Part shown: piece after piece, positions 28,755-32,000 of the stretch | Layout of the letters: each line of letters begins with the position of its first letter | How positions within the stretch are numbered: position 1 is the first letter of the stretch | Assembly: GCF_000017305.1 (NCBI RefSeq) | Contig: NC_009664.2 | Coordinates: forward strand, 1,860,001 to 1,892,000 | DNA length: 32,000 bases | Reading direction: 5' to 3' | DNA from: Kineococcus radiotolerans SRS30216 = ATCC BAA-149 | GTDB lineage: Bacteria; Actinomycetota; Actinomycetes; Actinomycetales; Kineococcaceae | Notes under the pieces: model-generated | The model's database searches: none | What the model saw: only the letters and a program-made list of their open reading frames with translations | What the model was told of the DNA's origin: nothing | Position numbers and translations under genes: made by a program

Positions 28755-30440
28755 TCAGCTCGCCTCGTCGCCGGTGAGGAACTTCTCCCGGTAGGCGCGC
28801 AGCTCGTCGCCGCCGGAGTTGCGCCACTCCTTCACCGCGGCGTCGAGGGCGGAGACGTCCTGGCGGCCGCGGATGATGTCCTTGGCGAGGTCGTCGAAGG
28901 GCTTGCCCAGCGAGCTGTACTGGCTGGGGTCCTGGATCTGCTGGCCGTAGAAGACCGGTTCGGTGACGTGCGGGGCCTGGCGCGCCATCCAGTCGCAGAA
29001 GTCGCGCACGTACTGCGGGAACTGCACCTTGGCGTTGACGATGGGCGGGCTGACGAGGAACCCGTAGGTCGAGGTGACCTCGGTGGTGCCGCGGTCGTTG
29101 AGGGCCGGGGCCCCGGCGGCGTCGCGCTCGAAGGTGGTGCCCTCGGTGCCGTAGTTGACGAGCTGGAACTCCTCGGACCCGAACGGGGCGGCGATGAAGT
29201 TCGCCAGCGCGAGCATCTCGTCGATGGCCGCGGCGTCGTCGGTCTTCTTGATGAAGCTGAAGATGCTGACCGGCTGGCTCTTGTAGAGGGTCGGCGCGCC
29301 GCCGTCGGGGGCGAACCAGTCCATCGGCTGCTGGTCGTAGGCGGGGTTGGAGGGCAGGACGCGGGCCAGCGCCTCGGCCCAGCCGCCGAGGCCGTCGGCG
29401 GAGATGAGGGTCTGGCCGGACTCGAAGCGGTCCTTGGCCTGCTGGGTGTTGCCGGCGACGGCGTCGGGGTGCACGGCCCCGGAGGCGAAGAGCTCGCGCA
29501 TGAACTCGATGGCCTCGCGGTAGTTCTCGTTCTCGAAGCGGCTGAGGAGCTTGCCGTCGCGCACCGTCCAGTCCGTGCAGCCGAAGAGCAGCTGCGCGCC
29601 GTCCCAGATGTCCTCGCAGCCCCAGCGGCGGGCGGCGGGGTCGGTGGCGTCCTTGGCGACCTGCAGCAGTTCGTCGGCGCTGGTGGGGGCGGCGAGGCCG
29701 AGCTGGCCGAAGAGGTCGCGGCGGTAGAACAGGGCGTTGCCGACGAGCTCGCTGGGGTAGGGCAGGCCGTAGAGGCGGCCGTTGAAGACGCAGTACTTCC
29801 AGGCGTCGGTGGGCAGGTTCGCCAGGTTGGGGTACTTCAGCACCTTGTCGCCGGCGAGGTGGTCGGTGAGGTCGGCGAACAGCGCGGTGACGCCCTGCTC
29901 GAAGCGCGGGGGGACGTTCCAGGTGGGGATGACGACCCAGTCCGGGACGTTCTTGGGCGAGGCCAGCACGGCCTGCAGCTTGTCGGCGTAGGTGTTGCCG
30001 TCGCTGACCTGGAACTCGACGGTGGCGCCGAGGGCCGCGTTGACGGCCTGGAAGTAGGAGTTCTTGTCGATCCCGGGCGGGGTGGTCCACCAGGCGGGGC
30101 TCATCGCGGTGTAGGTCCCGCCGGAACCGGGGACCTCCGGCACGGACTTCACGAGGGTGGTGGGCACGGTGGTGTAGCCGGGGGTGGAGCCGTCGACGCC
30201 GGGGATGTCCGGTTCGGCGAGGGTCAGCGGCCGGTAGGCGGGCAGCACCGCGGCCAGGTCGGCCTCGGAGAGCGGGCCGTCCTGCGGGGCGGCGGCCTGC
30301 TCCTGCGAGGTGCACGCCCCGAGCGCGCCGGGCACGGCGACCAGGGCGGCGCCGGCGGCGACCGAGCCGAGCACCGAGCGCCGGGCGGGACCGCGGTGCC
30401 CGGGGAGGGACGGGGTCGTGGGTCGGGTGGTCTGCTCCAT
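28755..30440 (-). CDS. Large (about 560 aa) extracellular solute-binding lipoprotein of an LplA-type sugar ABC importer
   Basis: Lies in ORF 28755..30449. Twin-arginine-like signal RRSVLGSVAAGAALVAVPGALGAC with lipobox LGAC. Size and composition fit LplA-type oligosaccharide-binding proteins. ATG 30440 (10 nt after AAGGAG) is preferred over GTG 30449. Confidence 0.85.
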   Translation of the reverse strand: MEQTTRPTTPSLPGHRGPARRSVLGSVAAGAALVAVPGALGACTSQEQAAAPQDGPLSEADLAAVLPAYRPLTLAEPDIPGVDGSTPGYTTVPTTLVKSVPEVPGSGGTYTAMSPAWWTTPPGIDKNSYFQAVNAALGATVEFQVSDGNTYADKLQAVLASPKNVPDWVVIPTWNVPPRFEQGVTALFADLTDHLAGDKVLKYPNLANLPTDAWKYCVFNGRLYGLPYPSELVGNALFYRRDLFGQLGLAAPTSADELLQVAKDATDPAARRWGCEDIWDGAQLLFGCTDWTVRDGKLLSRFENENYREAIEFMRELFASGAVHPDAVAGNTQQAKDRFESGQTLISADGLGGWAEALARVLPSNPAYDQQPMDWFAPDGGAPTLYKSQPVSIFSFIKKTDDAAAIDEMLALANFIAAPFGSEEFQLVNYGTEGTTFERDAAGAPALNDRGTTEVTSTYGFLVSPPIVNAKVQFPQYVRDFCDWMARQAPHVTEPVFYGQQIQDPSQYSSLGKPFDDLAKDIIRGRQDVSALDAAVKEWRNSGGDELRAYREKFLTGDEAS

Positions 30441-30518
30441 CGTGTCCACACTCCTTCATGTCGGACGTCGATCGACGCGACGGCGGTGCCGCATCATCGC
30501 GCCAGGCGTCGTTGCCGG

Positions 30519-30532
30519 TCGAAGCGATTCGA
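30519..30532. promoter_or_regulatory. LacI-type operator-like dyad 1: TCGAAGC|GATTCGA
   Basis: 6 of 7 symmetric positions around a central CG. It lies directly downstream of the predicted -10 of the SBP-operon promoter. It shares the half-site TCGAAGC with dyad 2. Confidence 0.45.
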
Positions 30533-30538
30533 TGACCC

Positions 30539-30567
30539 ACCGTAGGTGAGCGTCGCGCCGATGACAA
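30539..30567 (-). promoter_or_regulatory. Candidate promoter of the SBP-permease-GH42-GH31 operon: -35 TTGTCA, 17-bp spacer, -10 TACGGT
   Basis: The minus strand reads cTTGTCAtcggcgcgacgctcaccTACGGTgggtcaTCGAATCGCTTCGA. The hexamers are at 30567-30562 and 30544-30539. Confidence 0.4.
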
Positions 30568-30636
30568 GAACCCGGCCCGGATTCGTCAGATGACCGGCTC
30601 CTGGGGCCTTGGCGCGGCCTCCACCCACCCGCTAGC

Positions 30637-30652
30637 GTTCAAGCGCTTCGAC
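30637..30652. promoter_or_regulatory. LacI-type operator-like dyad 2: gTTCAAGC|GCTTCGAc (perfect core AAGCGCTT)
   Basis: The minus strand reads GTCGAAGCGCTTGAAC, sharing GTCGAAGCG-TT with dyad 1. It overlaps a possible -10 (TAGCGT, 30633-30638) and lies 16 nt before the GH3 ATG. Confidence 0.45.
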
Positions 30653-30667
30653 ATGGAGGGACCGACG

Positions 30668-32000
30668 ATGACCCTGCCGTTCCGCGACCCCGCGGTGCCG
30701 CTGCGCGAGCGCGTGGACGACCTGCTCGCCCGCCTCGACCCCGGCGAGCGCCTCGCGATGCTGCACCAGCACGCCCCCGCCGTGCCCCGCCTCGGCCTGG
30801 CCGCCTTCCGCACCGGCACCGAGGCCGCCCACGGCGTCGCCTGGCTGGGTCCGGCGACGGTGTTCCCCCAGCCGGTCGGGCTGGCCGCGACGTGGGACCC
30901 GGACCTGCTGCGGCGGGTGGGCCGCGCCGTCGGCCGGGAGGTGCGCGCCCGCAAGCTCACCGACCCCGACGTGAGCCTCAACGCCTGGTCGCCGGTGGTG
31001 AACCCGCTGCGCCACCCCCTGTGGGGACGCAACGAGGAGGGTTTCAGCGAGGACCCCCACCTGACCGCTGAACTCGCCACCGCCTACTGCGCCGGGCTGC
31101 GCGGGGACCACCCGCGGGTCTGGCAGACCGTCCCGACCCTCAAGCACTTCCTCGCCTACGGCGCCGAGTCCTGGCGCGCGACCGCCTCCGCGCAGCTGCG
31201 CGAACGGGTCCTGCACGAGCACGAGCTGCCCGCGTTCCGCGGCCCGCTGGCCGCGGGTGTCGCCGGGGCGGTGATGCTCTCCTACAACCTCGTCAACGGC
31301 GTCCCCGCCCACGTCAGCCCGCTGGTGCGCGAGCACCTGCGCACCTGGGTGGAGCACCCCGACGACCTCGCCGTCGTCACCGACGCGGGCGCGCCCGGCA
31401 ACCTGGTGCGGGCCGAGCGCTGGGCCCCCGACCTCGCCGCCGCCGACGCCGCCGCGGTGCGCGCGGGCGTGGACTCCTTCACCGACGACGGCGACGACCC
31501 CGGCCCGACCCTGCGGGCGCTGACCTCGGCCCTGGAAGCCGGTCGCCTGGAGCGGGCCGACGTCGACGCCGCCGTGCGCCGGCTGCTGACCCTGCGGCTG
31601 CGGACCGGGGAGTTCGACGACCCGGTGCCCGGCGAGGTCCCCGCCCACGCCGACGTGCGCGTGGAGGACATCGGCCGCCCCGAGCACGTCGCCCTGGCCC
31701 GCGAGGCCGCCGCCGCGGGCGTGGTGGTGCTGCAGGACCGCGACGGCACCGGCGGGCGGCGGCTGCCGCTGCCGGCCACCGGGACCGTCGCCGTGGTCGG
31801 TCCGCTGGCCGACCTCGTCCTCACCGACTGGTACAGCGGCACCCCCACCGCGGCCACCGGCCTGGCCACCGCGCTGCGCGAGCGCTCCGGCGGGCCGGAG
31901 GTCGTGGTCGCCGACGGCAGCGACCGCGTCAGCCTGCGCCACACCGCCTCCGGCCGCTCCGTGGCGGTGGCCGCCGACGGCGCCCTGCTCGCCGACGCGG
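30668..32000 (+). CDS. GH3 glycoside hydrolase (beta-glucosidase/beta-xylosidase type), partial: the C-terminus is beyond the window
   Basis: Not in the ORF track because there is no stop in the window. ATG 30668 lies 6 nt after GGAGGG. MTLPFRDPAVPLRERVDDLLARL, NPLRHPLWGRNEEGFSEDPHL, KHFLAYG, MLSYNLVNGVPA and a VVTD nucleophile-type context. Confidence 0.88.
   Translation, partial: MTLPFRDPAVPLRERVDDLLARLDPGERLAMLHQHAPAVPRLGLAAFRTGTEAAHGVAWLGPATVFPQPVGLAATWDPDLLRRVGRAVGREVRARKLTDPDVSLNAWSPVVNPLRHPLWGRNEEGFSEDPHLTAELATAYCAGLRGDHPRVWQTVPTLKHFLAYGAESWRATASAQLRERVLHEHELPAFRGPLAAGVAGAVMLSYNLVNGVPAHVSPLVREHLRTWVEHPDDLAVVTDAGAPGNLVRAERWAPDLAAADAAAVRAGVDSFTDDGDDPGPTLRALTSALEAGRLERADVDAAVRRLLTLRLRTGEFDDPVPGEVPAHADVRVEDIGRPEHVALAREAAAAGVVVLQDRDGTGGRRLPLPATGTVAVVGPLADLVLTDWYSGTPTAATGLATALRERSGGPEVVVADGSDRVSLRHTASGRSVAVAADGALLADA

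Overview
This is very GC-rich DNA (roughly 70-75% by eye, typical of Actinomycetota) and it is densely coding. Most of the long ORFs in the six-frame track are antisense or out-of-frame artefacts of the GC content. I support about 31 protein genes (two cut by the window edges) and one tRNA-Pro(CGG).

Positions 4.3-21.2 kb hold a conserved actinobacterial housekeeping block. From memory, it matches the M. tuberculosis Rv3667-Rv3683 neighbourhood. In window order it contains:
- a metallophosphoesterase, a YqeY-like protein and a GPP34 homolog
- a class A PBP with a PASTA domain, divergent from a WhiB4/WblA-like gene
- DUF4177-RidA-MBL hydrolase, convergent with crp
- an unknown 193-aa protein, divergent from nth-NUDIX-MarP-like protease
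- a BASS transporter, an alpha/beta hydrolase, a holin-like membrane protein, an EEP-family protein and acs

The left end (0-4 kb) has a MerR regulator with an aldo/keto reductase. Two GAF-type signalling genes flank this pair: one PAS-GAF-PP2C phosphatase and one partial gene.

The right end (21.4-32 kb) is an accessory-looking carbohydrate locus. It holds LacI, a 3-gene LplABC-type ABC importer without an ATPase, a GH42 beta-galactosidase, a YicI-like GH31 alpha-xylosidase and a divergent GH3. I interpret it as a xyloglucan-oligosaccharide utilisation system with two shared operator-like dyads.

I found no CRISPR array, transposase, integrase, prophage or recognisable defence system, and nothing I can honestly call a wholly novel system.

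The most checkable new observations are:
- a textbook MerR-type promoter (perfect 18-bp dyad in a 19-bp spacer) driving an apparently leaderless AKR
- the paired LacI-type operators
- an alpha/beta hydrolase lacking its nucleophile
- a 53-bp compound inverted repeat upstream of nth
- the uncharacterised crp-adjacent protein

All family assignments come from motif recognition by eye. No database search was run.
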